The notes under the pieces were generated by a model. The model was not told the DNA's origin. It ran no database searches and saw only the letters and a list, made by a program, of their open reading frames with translations. Both the position numbers and the translations under genes were made by a program. A DNA stretch of 64,000 nucleotides from Corynebacterium sp. (GTDB taxonomy: Bacteria; Actinomycetota; Actinomycetes; Mycobacteriales; Mycobacteriaceae). Positions 36,039-47,223 of the stretch are shown here, piece after piece; within the stretch, counting starts at the first letter, position 1; each line of letters starts with the position of its first letter. The stretch lies in assembly GCA_030527885.1 (NCBI GenBank), contig JAUMZY010000008.1:620-64619 (forward strand), given 5' to 3'.

Positions 36039-36854
36039 CTACATCGGATCTACTACCGACCATGGGACTGTCAACACATTATCCCGCAACAGCCGCTGCC
36101 GCGATACCGGTAATTCCATGCGCAAGAGATTTTGCGCCTCTCGCCACTGAATACGCGGCCCAAAAGCCGCCAAACTACTTGTTCTCTTCCAACACTCATC
36201 ACACAATTGCAATAACGAATAAATTTTCTGTCCTGGTACATTCCGATGAATCAGTATCTTAGGTAACCGTTCAGCTACATCTGAGGGTTTGGCCACATCC
36301 CACGGATTCCACGCCAAAGTCAATGACACTGGTCCCCGTTCATCCAACAACACCCAACTAGCCCGCCGCCCTAATTCATCGCACGTCCCCTCAATAAAAA
36401 ACCCACCCTGCGCCAACCGGCCACACACCATATCCCACGCATCCACCACCTGCGCCACATCATATTGCCGCAGCACATTAAACGCCCGCACCAAGTGCGG
36501 CCTATATCCAGCTAGTTCAAACCCACCCCGTTCAAACCGCACCCCATCCCGTGGTGGCAGTACTCGATCCGGATCAATCTCCAACCCCATCACCGACACA
36601 TGGGGATTAATCCGCCGCAACCACCATGCCCATTCACACGTGGTGGTGTAACTATCCCCATATCCCACATCCAGGGCCAACGGTTGGGCGGTTGTGCGTG
36701 GCTGTAATAGTTGTTGTATTTCCGGGTGATAAAAAACCCACCGGTCTACTCGCCGCAACCGGTTGAAACCAGTGGTACCGCGAGTAATAACCCCGATGGG
36801 TTTAGCGGAATTGTGGCGAAACTGCGTGCGTTTATTATGCCCATGATTCGCCAT
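36039..36854 (-). CDS. Class I SAM-dependent methyltransferase-like protein
   Basis: PIGVITRGTT..NRLRR.DRW, LDVGYG, GLEIDP and RAFNVLRQY. Confidence 0.75.
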   Translation of the reverse strand: MANHGHNKRTQFRHNSAKPIGVITRGTTGFNRLRRVDRWVFYHPEIQQLLQPRTTAQPLALDVGYGDSYTTTCEWAWWLRRINPHVSVMGLEIDPDRVLPPRDGVRFERGGFELAGYRPHLVRAFNVLRQYDVAQVVDAWDMVCGRLAQGGFFIEGTCDELGRRASWVLLDERGPVSLTLAWNPWDVAKPSDVAERLPKILIHRNVPGQKIYSLLQLCDECWKRTSSLAAFGPRIQWREAQNLLRMELPVSRQRLLRDNVLTVPWSVVDPM

Positions 36855-36869
36855 AGCAGCAGGTTAAAC

Positions 36870-37370
36870 CTAGTGTGATTCAATCCAAACCGCAGTGATA
36901 GCACCCTCGTTATTGAAGAGTTCACCCAGGGCCTCAGCAACCTTAGGTTCAATGGCGGACCCCATGAACGGAATATTTACTGTGACTTCATTCGCATAGC
37001 TGAGGGTGGTTTCCTCACCAGCACCACTCAAGGAAATATCACCCTTGAAATCCACCGGTGTGCCTTTGACATCCGCAGTGTAGGACAGTGCAGCAGAATC
37101 ACCATCAAGTGGGCCAACGGTAACCACACGTTTGACCTTCAACGCTTGGCTGATCATAGCCCGCACTGCCTCCGGCAGAATTTCCAATGGTAGCACCTCA
37201 TACAGGGTGACTTCTGCGCCGCCTTCGGTGGGCACAAATTCGTGGACTTCGCCAGGCTCCGGGGATAGAGTGGCAGCAACATGAGCCCAGTACTCCTGAT
37301 TAGTGAGTGCAGCATGCACCGACTGAGCTGGATGTTTAATGGTTACAGTATTCTCGCTACGCGTAGTCAT
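36870..37370 (-). CDS. DUF2505 (SRPBCC-like) protein
   Basis: V.IPF.G..IE motif; divergent from murB as with Rv0481c/Rv0482. Confidence 0.8.
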   Translation of the reverse strand: MTTRSENTVTIKHPAQSVHAALTNQEYWAHVAATLSPEPGEVHEFVPTEGGAEVTLYEVLPLEILPEAVRAMISQALKVKRVVTVGPLDGDSAALSYTADVKGTPVDFKGDISLSGAGEETTLSYANEVTVNIPFMGSAIEPKVAEALGELFNNEGAITAVWIESH

Positions 37371-37390
37371 GCATACAGATTACCCTTAAT

Positions 37391-38539
37391 ATGGTGACTA
37401 TGCTCATGGAACCCCTGTTACAACTTTTCGACGCGCGCATTCGCCCCCGCATCGAAAACCGTGATGATATTATCCTCGTCGACACAACCTTTGCCGAAAT
37501 AACCACACTCCACCTCGGCGGCCGCCCAGCCCACACCCTGCGATGCACCACCCGCGAAGCAGTCGTAGAAGTAGTACGCCTCTTAGACACCCACAAAATC
37601 CCACTACTCATCGTCGGCGGTGGCTCCAACCTTGTTATTGCTGATGGTGACATTCCGTTAGTGGCAGTCATCGTTGCTTGCGACACCGTTTACCTGGATA
37701 AAGAAACCGGTGAATTAGAGGCCGATGCCGGCGCAGTGTGGGATAGTGTTGTAGCCCGCTCCGTAGAACACGGAATGGGTGGAATTGAATGCTTATCCGG
37801 CATACCTGGTAGTGCTGGTGCCACCCCCGTGCAGAACGTTGGGGCGTACGGTGTCGAAATCGCCGATGTGCTCACTGAAGTGGAGCTATACCACCGCGAC
37901 ACCGGGGTGCAAGAATGGGTGAGAGCCTCCGACCTAGAACTCGCTTACCGTTACTCGAACCTCAAATTCACCGGCCGGGCCGTGGTCTTAGGCATTAGGT
38001 TGCAACTGCGGATAGATGGCTTATCAGCCCCCCTGCGATTCGGTGAATTAGCGCGGGTACTCAAAGTATCCGTCAATGAAATTGAAGCCCGGCGGCTAGC
38101 CACCACCGTGCGGGCAGAAGTCTTAAAACTACGTCAAAACAAAGGCATGGTTTACGACCCTGAGGATCATGACACCTGGTCAGCAGGTTCTTTCTTCACC
38201 AATCCGGTGGTTTTCCCGGAAAAAGCTGAAACAGTACGAGGCATCGTCGAAAAGCTTCATGGGTCGGAACAAGCAGCAGCCATGCCATGTTTCGACGTGA
38301 GCGGCGGGCAGAAAAAACTCTCCGCAGCCTGGCTTATAGACCGCGCCGGGTTCGCCAAAGGCTACCCGGAAAACGGCCGGGCCCGCATTTCCACAAAACA
38401 CACTTTGGCGCTCACCAACCGCGGCACAGCCACAACAGAAGATTTAGTGGAATTAGCCCGCACAGTCCGCGACGGCGTGCACACAACCTTCGGTGTGCAG
38501 CTGGAACCGGAACCAGTATGGATTGGTACTAGTTTGTAA
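37391..38539 (+). CDS. murB: UDP-N-acetylenolpyruvoylglucosamine reductase
   Basis: GGGSNL, GIPGSAGATPVQNVGAYG, SAGSFFTNP, KHTLALTN and LEPEP. Confidence 0.95.
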   Translation: MVTMLMEPLLQLFDARIRPRIENRDDIILVDTTFAEITTLHLGGRPAHTLRCTTREAVVEVVRLLDTHKIPLLIVGGGSNLVIADGDIPLVAVIVACDTVYLDKETGELEADAGAVWDSVVARSVEHGMGGIECLSGIPGSAGATPVQNVGAYGVEIADVLTEVELYHRDTGVQEWVRASDLELAYRYSNLKFTGRAVVLGIRLQLRIDGLSAPLRFGELARVLKVSVNEIEARRLATTVRAEVLKLRQNKGMVYDPEDHDTWSAGSFFTNPVVFPEKAETVRGIVEKLHGSEQAAAMPCFDVSGGQKKLSAAWLIDRAGFAKGYPENGRARISTKHTLALTNRGTATTEDLVELARTVRDGVHTTFGVQLEPEPVWIGTSL

Positions 38540-40346
38540 ACTTGCTGAGTAACTCCGCCTGCACTTCCCGGCGGCGGATTTTACCCATTTGGTCACGTGG
38601 CATGTCCTCAAAGTGGTAAAACGTGCGGGGCACTTTGTAGCGGGTGAGGCGTTGCCGGCAGAACTCCTTCAAGCCTTCCGGATCAAGTGCCGCGCCGGGC
38701 CCTAATGTGATGGCGGCTACCACTGATTCCGAGCCGTCTTTGCGCGGTAACCCGACGACTGCGCAGTCGGTAACATCCGGATGCGTGAGCAGTACTTCTT
38801 CGACCTCTAGGGGGTGGACGTTGAAGCCCCCGGTGATGATCACTTCCTTGATGCGGGACACTAACCGTATGAACCCATCTTTTTCCATGATTCCCACATC
38901 ACCAGTGCGGTACCAGTCGTTGTGGAAGGCCTGTTCAGTGGCCTCGGGATTATTCAGATAACCAGAGAAAACCTGCGGGCCGCGGACAAGAACTTCACCT
39001 TCTTGGCCGTCTGGCATGGTTTCGTCTAGGTTTTTGGGGTTGCCGATGCGCACTTCAGTGTCAGGGAAGGGGATCCCCACGTAACCCGGGCGGCGGTTGG
39101 AATTCATGGGATTCCCCACGATGATGGGGGAAGTCTCGGTCAGCCCATAGCCCTCCACCAGCAGGCCGCCTGTGAGCTCCTCCCACTGCTCCACCGTGCT
39201 CACCGGCAGTGTTGAAGCCCCAGAGAACGAATTGCGCACCCCATTGATGGAAATGCCGTCTGCCTTCGCGGCGTCTACAATTTTTTGATACAAAGTTGGC
39301 ACGCCCGGCACCCAGGTGGGAGTGCGTTTCTTCATGATCTGCATGATCAATGGGATCTGCGGTGCCGGCAGTAGCATGATTTCGCCACCAACATAAACCG
39401 CCAAGTTCAGCACAATGGTGAGGCCATACGCATGGAAGAACGGCAAGGCGCCCAAAAGCCGCTCATCTTGATTGCCTAACCCTTTCACCCAGGCTTTACC
39501 CTGCAAAAGATTGGCGAATAATCCGCCATGGGTAAGTTGCGCACCCTTCGGAGCACCTGTCGTCCCAGAGGTGTAGAGAATCACAGCCACGGACTGCGGA
39601 GTGACATCAATGGCGGAGACGATATCGCCCCCATTGCCGCCCAAGGCGGTACTCGTCAGCATTTCCCACGGGATGGAATTGGGGGCGGGGGCAGTCAATG
39701 CTTCTCGACGCTTGGTGATCATGGGCAATGGTAAGCCCAGTAAAAACTGCTTCGACTTCGGCATCGCATTAATCATGTTGACGGACACGATGGTTTCTAG
39801 GGGAGTGGTGCGACGCAGCTTCTCTAAGGTGGCGGCGGCTTTGTCCCACACGATGGCTACTCGGGCAGCATGATCATTGAACGGGGATTCCAGCTCGTGG
39901 GCGGTGTACAGGGGATTATGCTCCACCACGATTCCGCCTAGTTTCAAGATGGCAAAGTATGCGGCCACGTGTTGGGGGCAATTGGGTAAAACTATGGCCA
40001 CCCGGTCACCTGGGCGAACCCCTAAAGCACGCAAGCCAGTTGCTGCGGAACGCACTTGTTTATCTAATTCACCATAGGTTTGAGTGCGCCCAAAGAAATA
40101 TGTTGCTGGTTTATTCGCATTAAGTGAAAGATTATTGTCGTAAACATCTAAGAGTGTGTTGTTTTCATAATCCAGTGAGTGCGGGGTCCAATCGCCATAA
40201 GAATTCAACCAGGCTTTGGTTTGATAGGCTTGCTGTTCCTGCGGCTGGGTTTCTTGCTTCGGCTTCTGATCATCAGAAGGTTGGTTGTTCGCGGGTTCAG
40301 CGCTGGGGTTTCCAGCATTTACCGGCTGGGAATCATGATCCGACAT
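38529..40346 (-). CDS. Long-chain fatty acid-CoA ligase
   Basis: YTSGTTGAPKG, EGYGLTE, YRTGD and GKI.RR. Confidence 0.92.
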   Translation of the reverse strand: MSDHDSQPVNAGNPSAEPANNQPSDDQKPKQETQPQEQQAYQTKAWLNSYGDWTPHSLDYENNTLLDVYDNNLSLNANKPATYFFGRTQTYGELDKQVRSAATGLRALGVRPGDRVAIVLPNCPQHVAAYFAILKLGGIVVEHNPLYTAHELESPFNDHAARVAIVWDKAAATLEKLRRTTPLETIVSVNMINAMPKSKQFLLGLPLPMITKRREALTAPAPNSIPWEMLTSTALGGNGGDIVSAIDVTPQSVAVILYTSGTTGAPKGAQLTHGGLFANLLQGKAWVKGLGNQDERLLGALPFFHAYGLTIVLNLAVYVGGEIMLLPAPQIPLIMQIMKKRTPTWVPGVPTLYQKIVDAAKADGISINGVRNSFSGASTLPVSTVEQWEELTGGLLVEGYGLTETSPIIVGNPMNSNRRPGYVGIPFPDTEVRIGNPKNLDETMPDGQEGEVLVRGPQVFSGYLNNPEATEQAFHNDWYRTGDVGIMEKDGFIRLVSRIKEVIITGGFNVHPLEVEEVLLTHPDVTDCAVVGLPRKDGSESVVAAITLGPGAALDPEGLKEFCRQRLTRYKVPRTFYHFEDMPRDQMGKIRRREVQAELLSKFTN

Positions 40347-40603
40347 GGGATAATCCTTCAATATTATTAATCTGGGTTGGGGTTCATACGCATAGTTGGG
40401 CTAATACATATTTAATAATGGCTGCAATGGCCAACAATGACCACAATGATTACATTACGAAACTAACACCAGCCTAGGTGGCATTACGCACCACGCTTGA
40501 ACATAATCAGCGAACAACATAATCAGAGGACGTTCAGTTAGAGCATACCGCAAGACGTGAGTATGTCCTTATGAAACAACCTAAGAGCGTTACACTATGT
40601 AGC

Positions 40604-41842
40604 ATGCGCGTTGCAATGATCTCCATGCACACTTCGCCCCTACAACAACCAGGCACTGGTGACGCCGGCGGCATGAACGTTTATATCCTCAATGTGGCAG
40701 CTCAGCTGGCACAACAAGGCATCGCAGTAGATATATACACTCGTGCTACCCGCCCAAGTCAGGGGTTAGTCGTCAACGTAGAATCTAACCTACGGGTCAT
40801 TAACGTCATAGCTGGCCCCTACGAGGGTTTAAAAAAAGAAGAATTATCCACCCAACTCGCAGCCTTCTCCCGCGGCATTTTAGAATTTGTCACCAACTAC
40901 CACATAACCTATGACCTGGTGCATAGCCATTATTGGCTATCCGGCCAGGTTGGTTGGCTGCTGCGCGACATTTGGCACATCCCCCTGGTGCACACCGCAC
41001 ATACGCTAGCGGCAGTAAAAAACCACCATCGCACGCCCACGGACACTCCAGAATCAGAAGCCCGGCGCATCTGCGAACAACAACTTGTCGATAACGCAAA
41101 CCTGTTAGTAGTCAATACGCTAGAAGAAGCCAATGACCTGATCTGCCACTACGATGCGCAAGAAGACAAGATCAAAACCATGGCGCCCGGCACCAACACC
41201 GAACTTTTCACCCCAGGAACCGGCCGCAACACCGAACAAGCCCGACGTGAATTAGGCATCCCACTGCACGCCAAAGTGGTGGCGTTTGTCGGCAGGTTAC
41301 AAGAATTCAAAGGCCCACAAGTATTAATCAAAGCTGTGTCGCGACTCCTCGACCGTGACCCCCACCGCAACCTCCAAGTACTCATCTGTGGCGGTGTGTC
41401 CGGTGCGGTTAACACCATGGAAAAATACACCAGCTTAGTGCAGCAATTAGGCGTGGAACACCGCATTCGGTTTTTAGAACCCCGACCGCCCGAGGAATTA
41501 GTGCAGATTTACCGTGCGGCCGATATCGTGGCAGTGCCCAGCTATAACGAATCATTCGGCCTTGTCGTTATCGAAGCACAAGCATCAGGAACCCCCATCA
41601 TTGCCGCGCGGGTGGGTGGCCTGCCCATCGTCGTTTCGGAAGGCGAAACTGGCATATTAGTTGATGGCCACGACCCCGATGATTGGGCAGACGCAATCGC
41701 TAATTTGCTTGACGACGACGCCACCCGGATCCGCATGGCGGAAGACGCCGTAAAGCATGCATCCCAATTCTCTTGGAAATCCTCTGCAGAAAACCTCATG
41801 GAGATCTATTACGACGCTTTAACCAGCGCAGATGATGACTAA
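40604..41842 (+). CDS. mshA: D-inositol-3-phosphate glycosyltransferase (mycothiol synthesis)
   Basis: [33 protein letters not shown] and ESFGLV..EAQA. ATG 7 nt after TACACT. Confidence 0.95.
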   Translation: MRVAMISMHTSPLQQPGTGDAGGMNVYILNVAAQLAQQGIAVDIYTRATRPSQGLVVNVESNLRVINVIAGPYEGLKKEELSTQLAAFSRGILEFVTNYHITYDLVHSHYWLSGQVGWLLRDIWHIPLVHTAHTLAAVKNHHRTPTDTPESEARRICEQQLVDNANLLVVNTLEEANDLICHYDAQEDKIKTMAPGTNTELFTPGTGRNTEQARRELGIPLHAKVVAFVGRLQEFKGPQVLIKAVSRLLDRDPHRNLQVLICGGVSGAVNTMEKYTSLVQQLGVEHRIRFLEPRPPEELVQIYRAADIVAVPSYNESFGLVVIEAQASGTPIIAARVGGLPIVVSEGETGILVDGHDPDDWADAIANLLDDDATRIRMAEDAVKHASQFSWKSSAENLMEIYYDALTSADDD

Positions 41843-41869
41843 AATGCCGCTACTTCATAGGTGTAATCT

Positions 41870-42621
41870 TTAGTGCGCCACCAACTGCGTGATGCGCCGG
41901 GCAATTCGCGTCGGGGCTAAGCGCCGGGCCAGATAAAACGCCTTATCCAGGCGTGAAACTCCGTAGTGAATTTTGCCGCGCTGCCACCGGTTACGTGGAT
42001 GCACCGCATCCCAAATAGCTTGAGCCACCTGCTGTGGGGTGATGTGTACTCCCAAGCGTTTGATGGAGCCTGCGGCAACATCAGTGGCGAGGGCGGTTTT
42101 GGCCCACAGGGGCCAGATTGCTACGATCCGAATTCGGTTCTTTGCCCACTCCAAACTTAATGCTTCGGTGATGCCTGTGACGAAAAACTTGGTTGCGGAA
42201 TACACCGCAATGTTGGGCTGCCCGAAGATGGCTGATGCGGATCCCAGATTCACCATGGTGCTGCCGGCCCGGAGGTGCGGGAAGGCTGCTTGTGCACCCA
42301 ACGCCACCCCAGTGCAGTTCACGGAGATTTGTGTTTCCACGGCTGTAGGGGAGATATCTGCAAGAGCACCTGCTTGTAACACCCCAGCGTTATTGACGAC
42401 AACATCAATAGTGTCATTTGTACTGTGGGTGGTGAATTCTGCAAGCGCAGTAGCCCAGGAATCAGGATCAGTGATATCAAGAAAACCCGTTATCAACTGG
42501 GGATGGGAGTATTCAACTGGGCTGATATCGTAAGCCCCGACCTGCCAGCCGGCTTCTAGAAAAGTTCGGCAGTTGCCCGCCCAATTCCTTGGGCTGCACC
42601 GGAAATGAAGATGTTTCGCAT
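41870..42621 (-). pseudogene. SDR oxidoreductase with a single-base frameshift near codon 20
   Basis: MRNIFISGAAQGIGRATAELF* continues in another frame as FLEAGWQV..NNAG..YSATK. One T is missing in the run at 42560-42563. Confidence 0.8.
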
Positions 42622-42721
42622 GCTTCCCAGCGTAGGCTAGTAAAAAAATTATCAACCATTCCCACCCATTACCCCCAATATTTGCCAACGCTGCCACCAG
42701 CTATGACCGTTAGGAAAAATT

Positions 42722-44200
42722 ATGAGCAATGCTGACACCATTGAGGTTATCAATCCGCGTACTGGCCAAGTTTGTGCGACTGTACCTGCATGTTCTCACG
42801 ATAATGTGATGGATGCCATTGCTAACGCCCGGACGGCTCAACCAGCATGGGCTGCACAATCAGTCAGCCACCGCGCCCAGATTCTCATGCGAATCCATGA
42901 CGACATCGTGGCGCATCGTGATGAACTGCTGGATGCTATACAGTTGGAGACCGGCAAAAACCGGGCAAGTGCTTTAGATGAAGTCATGGATGTCATCAAT
43001 AACGCCCGGTATTATGCGCGCAATGCCGCCAGGTTATTGAAACAAACCTCAGCCAAAGGCGCTCTACCTGGCCTCACCAAGGTCACTGTGGAGCGGATGC
43101 CCCATGGTGTAGTGGGAATCATTGCCCCGTGGAATTACCCATTGACCTTGACTTTGTCCGATGCTTTCCCGGCACTTGTGGCGGGAAATGCTGTGGTGAT
43201 TAAACCTGATTCCCGCACCCCATTGTCGGCTTTATTGGGTGCACATATCATGCATACAGCCGGCATCCCATCGGATATTTTTCAGGTGCTGCCTGGTTCG
43301 GGAGCTGTGGTGGGGCAGGCTATTAGCCACGCAGCGGATTACGTTATGTTTACTGGTTCCACCGCCACGGGGCGGAAATTGGCGGAAACAGCTGGACAGC
43401 GATTGGTAGGATTCTCGGGCGAACTTGGTGGTAAAAACCCCATGATTGTGGCTGCTGATGCGGATATTAATAAAGCAGTGGCAGGGGCAATCAATGGGTG
43501 TTTTAGTAATTCCGGCCAATTATGCGTTTCCATTGAACGGATTTTGGTGGATCACACGATTGCCGAGGAGTTCATTGATCAACTGGTTGCGCGTGTGGAA
43601 AAGCTCAAAATTGGCACGGGGGATTGGTCTGAAGATATCGGGTCACTCATTTCACCAGAGCACCTGGAACATGTATTAGCACTGGTTGATGATGCCACCA
43701 GTCGTGGCGCTCGCATTTGTACCGGTGGCAGTCGCCCGGATTTGGGCCCGAGTTTCTTGGCACCCATGGTGCTTGCGGATGTGCCGTCTGATGCCACGCT
43801 GTATCGGGAAGAAGTATTCGGCCCTGTGGTGTATGTTGAGGTCACCGCGAATGAAACTGAGGCCATAGCTAAAGCCAATGATTCGGAGTACGGTTTGGCG
43901 GCTAGTGTTTTTGCGTCCCCTGAGACTGCGTATCGCATCGCGCGTCAGCTTGATGTGGGGAGTGTGAATATTAATGAGGGGTTTGCTGCTGCTTTCGGCT
44001 CTGTTGCTGCCCCCATGGGTGGGCAGAAAGCAAGCGGCGTCGGGCGTCGACACGGCGAGGCGGGGTTGTTGAAGTACACTGCGGAGAAAACCATTGCTGA
44101 ACAGCGTGTTATGCCGATTTCTGGCCCACGATTCTTGCCCCGGCAGGTGTATGCCAATCTCATGACCACTGCATTGCGGCTAGGAAAGCGGTTCCTCTGA
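42722..44200 (+). CDS. Aldehyde dehydrogenase (succinate-semialdehyde dehydrogenase-like)
   Basis: PWNYP, FTGST, ELGGKN, GQLCVS and EEVFGP. Confidence 0.9.
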   Translation: MSNADTIEVINPRTGQVCATVPACSHDNVMDAIANARTAQPAWAAQSVSHRAQILMRIHDDIVAHRDELLDAIQLETGKNRASALDEVMDVINNARYYARNAARLLKQTSAKGALPGLTKVTVERMPHGVVGIIAPWNYPLTLTLSDAFPALVAGNAVVIKPDSRTPLSALLGAHIMHTAGIPSDIFQVLPGSGAVVGQAISHAADYVMFTGSTATGRKLAETAGQRLVGFSGELGGKNPMIVAADADINKAVAGAINGCFSNSGQLCVSIERILVDHTIAEEFIDQLVARVEKLKIGTGDWSEDIGSLISPEHLEHVLALVDDATSRGARICTGGSRPDLGPSFLAPMVLADVPSDATLYREEVFGPVVYVEVTANETEAIAKANDSEYGLAASVFASPETAYRIARQLDVGSVNINEGFAAAFGSVAAPMGGQKASGVGRRHGEAGLLKYTAEKTIAEQRVMPISGPRFLPRQVYANLMTTALRLGKRFL

Positions 44201-44389
44201 ACGTATGTAAGGGTGCGTAACGAGTGTGGTTTTTGGCTGTTGCAGCGGGAAGAACGCACATTTCACCCTAAAACGTGGGGGCACCCGGGATTATTAAAAC
44301 CGGCGCCATATGCTATTAGGTATTTATTAGCTTTATGTAGGGTATAGGTGTACTCTGAGGAATTTCGCAACAAAGTGAGGTAAAAAATA

Positions 44390-45229
44390 ATGGCGCAGCA
44401 ACGCTCGGAGGTGGTGGTACTCATTGGTACTGGCCCCATCGGTCAAGCAATCGCGCGCCGAGTGAGTGCAGGCAGAATACTAATTCTGGCCGATGTTAAT
44501 CTTGACGGAGCAGATCTCAGCGCGCGTCAATTATTGCAAACTGGATTCACAGCGGTGCCAACAGCGGTAGACATTACCTCCCGGGATTCCGTGCAGGCAT
44601 TATGTGATTTCGCGGTAGGGCAAGGCGATATAACCCATGTGATTCATGCCGCAGGCGTGTCATTAGCCCAAGCTACTGCTTCGGATATTCTGACCGTAGA
44701 ACTATACGGCACAGCTTTGGTGCTGGAAATATTCGGTGAGGTGATCGCCGAGGGCGGCGCCGGCATAGTGGTTTCCTCCCATTCGGGGCATCAGCTGCCA
44801 GCACTGTACGCGGCGGAAGATAGGCAACTTGCCATCACGCCCACGGAGAAATTGCTGAATCTTCCAATGCTGCGGTACATCACGGATCCGATTCATGCCA
44901 TGCAGATTTCCAAGCGGGCTAATACGTTGCGGGTCCAAGCTTCCGCCATGAGCTGGGGCATTCGGGGCGCCCGGATTAATGCGATTTCGCCAGGCATCGT
45001 CATGACGCCCATGGCGCGTGAGGAATTCGCTGGACCTAGCGGCGATTTGTACCGTGACATGATAGAGAAAAGTCCTGCTAGACGTGCTGGTACGCCCGAT
45101 GAGATTGGCCAATTGGGTGCGTTTTTACTAAGCAAGGATGCTGGTTTTATCACTGGTTCGGATTTCCTCATTGATGGGGGAGTGACGTCCGCTTGGTTTT
45201 ATGGTGGGTTGCAGCGTAAGCATGCTTAA
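44390..45229 (+). CDS. SDR-family protein, atypical active site
   Basis: GTGPIG, HAAGVS, RINAISPG and FITGSD..IDGG. The expected YxxxK reads MQISK. Confidence 0.8.
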   Translation: MAQQRSEVVVLIGTGPIGQAIARRVSAGRILILADVNLDGADLSARQLLQTGFTAVPTAVDITSRDSVQALCDFAVGQGDITHVIHAAGVSLAQATASDILTVELYGTALVLEIFGEVIAEGGAGIVVSSHSGHQLPALYAAEDRQLAITPTEKLLNLPMLRYITDPIHAMQISKRANTLRVQASAMSWGIRGARINAISPGIVMTPMAREEFAGPSGDLYRDMIEKSPARRAGTPDEIGQLGAFLLSKDAGFITGSDFLIDGGVTSAWFYGGLQRKHA

Positions 45230-45408
45230 CGAGCTTCCCAAGAGTTTAGGCAGTGCCTGACATGTTGCTTCGGGCGCTGCCCCCAAGTGTTCCCGAGTGC
45301 TCCCTAAGTGCTGCTGAACAATAAGAAACGGACATAAAACCAATAAAGTGTAAGAAAGTCCACAAGAAGTTTAATGTTCGGGCGTGAAAATTGTGGCACA
45401 CTTGGATT

Positions 45409-46158
45409 ATGGCTAATGGAAAACTAGTGCTCATTCGGCACGGTCAGAGCGAGTGGAATGCCTCTAACCAATTCACGGGCTGGGTAGACGTTGATCTAAC
45501 CTCCCAGGGTGAGGCAGAAGCCAAGCGTGGCGGGGAACTCCTGAAGGAAAAAGGAATTCTTCCCACCGTTGTGTACACCTCTTTGCTGCGCCGGGCTATT
45601 CGTACCGCAAATATTGCCCTCAATGAAGCAGATCGTCATTGGATTCCCGTGGTGCGGGACTGGCGTCTCAACGAGCGCCACTATGGTGCTTTGCAGGGGC
45701 TGAACAAGGCAGAAACCAAAGAAAAATACGGCGATGACCAATTCATGGCATGGCGTCGTTCCTACGACACCCCGCCGCCACCCATCGAGGAGGATAACAC
45801 CTACTCGCAGGCGCATGATCCACGGTATGCGGATTTGGATGCTGTTCCAGCAACCGAGTGCCTCAAGGATGTGGTGGTTCGATTCGTCCCATATTTCGAA
45901 GAAGAAATCTTGCCGCGTGTTGTGGCTGGGGAAACGGTGCTGGTGGCAGCGCATGGCAATTCACTGCGCGCCCTGGTGAAGTACCTGGATAAGATTTCCG
46001 ATGCGGACATTGCGGAATTGAACATTCCTACCGGCATTCCGCTGGTTTATGAAGTTGATGCCTCCGGCAACGTGGTCAACCCAGGTGGCACCTACCTGGA
46101 TCCGGAAGCCGCTGCTGCTGGTGCTGCCGCAGTTGCTGCGCAAGGCGCGAAGAAGTAA
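45409..46158 (+). CDS. gpmA: 2,3-BPG-dependent phosphoglycerate mutase
   Basis: [26 protein letters not shown] and LNIPTG. Confidence 0.97.
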   Translation: MANGKLVLIRHGQSEWNASNQFTGWVDVDLTSQGEAEAKRGGELLKEKGILPTVVYTSLLRRAIRTANIALNEADRHWIPVVRDWRLNERHYGALQGLNKAETKEKYGDDQFMAWRRSYDTPPPPIEEDNTYSQAHDPRYADLDAVPATECLKDVVVRFVPYFEEEILPRVVAGETVLVAAHGNSLRALVKYLDKISDADIAELNIPTGIPLVYEVDASGNVVNPGGTYLDPEAAAAGAAAVAAQGAKK

Positions 46159-46250
46159 TCGGAGAAATAATTCCGTCGCCATCAGCGCATAAGGCGCCTT
46201 AAGAGGCATAAGGCGCTAAGGCGTGTAGGGGAGGCCGCAATGGCTTCCCC

Positions 46251-47189
46251 TTAATCCGTGCCGGTTTTGGGGATTTGCTTTTCCGCAAAAGCCCGCACAG
46301 TAGCCGGGTGCGGGACCAACGCTGCAGGCGGCAAACCTTGGGCGTCGAAAAGCTCCGCTCGCATGCGTAAATGCGCAGCTAGAACCTCAAAACTTTCGTC
46401 GCCCATCAGCGCCCGCAACTCTGTTTCGCATGTTTGCCACAATGGTCGCGCATTGGCGTGGCAGGCGGGTGCCGTCGTGCAATACCAATCGAAGTCCTCG
46501 CCGCCATTGCCCCAACCCCGGCGCTCGTATTCTGTGATGGTGGTGCGGAGGATTTCTTCGCCGTCGGCGCGTTCTTCCCATGCTTCTAGCCTGCGTAAGG
46601 GCAATTGCCAGCACACTTCTGGTTTCACGATGGTGAGGTCTTCGTCGGCGTCTAATGCCCATTGGTGTAGTGCACATCCGGCCCCGGTGGGCCAGCCTGG
46701 TCGGTTGGCGAAGATGCAGGCACCGTCTACGATTTTGGTTTTTAATGCTGGTTCTGGGTTGCCGTCTTCGTCATCTAGTTCGTCCCACACTAGCCATGGT
46801 TCTATGTCTGTCACATCCGGGGTTAATAGAAATTCTGCTATATCTTCGGTGTGGTGTTGCCAATAGCGCGGCGGCATGCGGGAGACGGCGTCGAAAAGTT
46901 GGTCCCGGTCGGTTTCGTCGCATAAAAATGCGCCGTGGTTACAGCAGCCTACGCTGGGTTGATCGGCCGAAATACCCCGACATGCGGGGGTCCCAAAACT
47001 GCAGGAATAATGTGATTCCAGCCACGTTAAGTCGATGGAAAACACATGTTTTTCGTCGATTGGATTAATAAATTCTAACCATTGCCGGGGGAAATCTGGC
47101 GCAAGCTCCTGACCAGCAAGAATAGCGGCAGCGGCTGGTGAAGATTTCGGAAAACCAAGATATACAGCATTTGTGTCGGGGCGGTTCAC
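46251..47189 (-). CDS. Conserved Cys-rich protein (Rv0495c-like)
   Basis: DLTWL.S...C.FG...C, GCC.HGAF, C.F.NR, GCALH and KPEVCWQLP. Confidence 0.75.
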   Translation of the reverse strand: MNRPDTNAVYLGFPKSSPAAAAILAGQELAPDFPRQWLEFINPIDEKHVFSIDLTWLESHYSCSFGTPACRGISADQPSVGCCNHGAFLCDETDRDQLFDAVSRMPPRYWQHHTEDIAEFLLTPDVTDIEPWLVWDELDDEDGNPEPALKTKIVDGACIFANRPGWPTGAGCALHQWALDADEDLTIVKPEVCWQLPLRRLEAWEERADGEEILRTTITEYERRGWGNGGEDFDWYCTTAPACHANARPLWQTCETELRALMGDESFEVLAAHLRMRAELFDAQGLPPAALVPHPATVRAFAEKQIPKTGTD

Positions 47190-47223
47190 AATTTAATACC
47201 GTAGACCGTCTAACCTTAATCAT

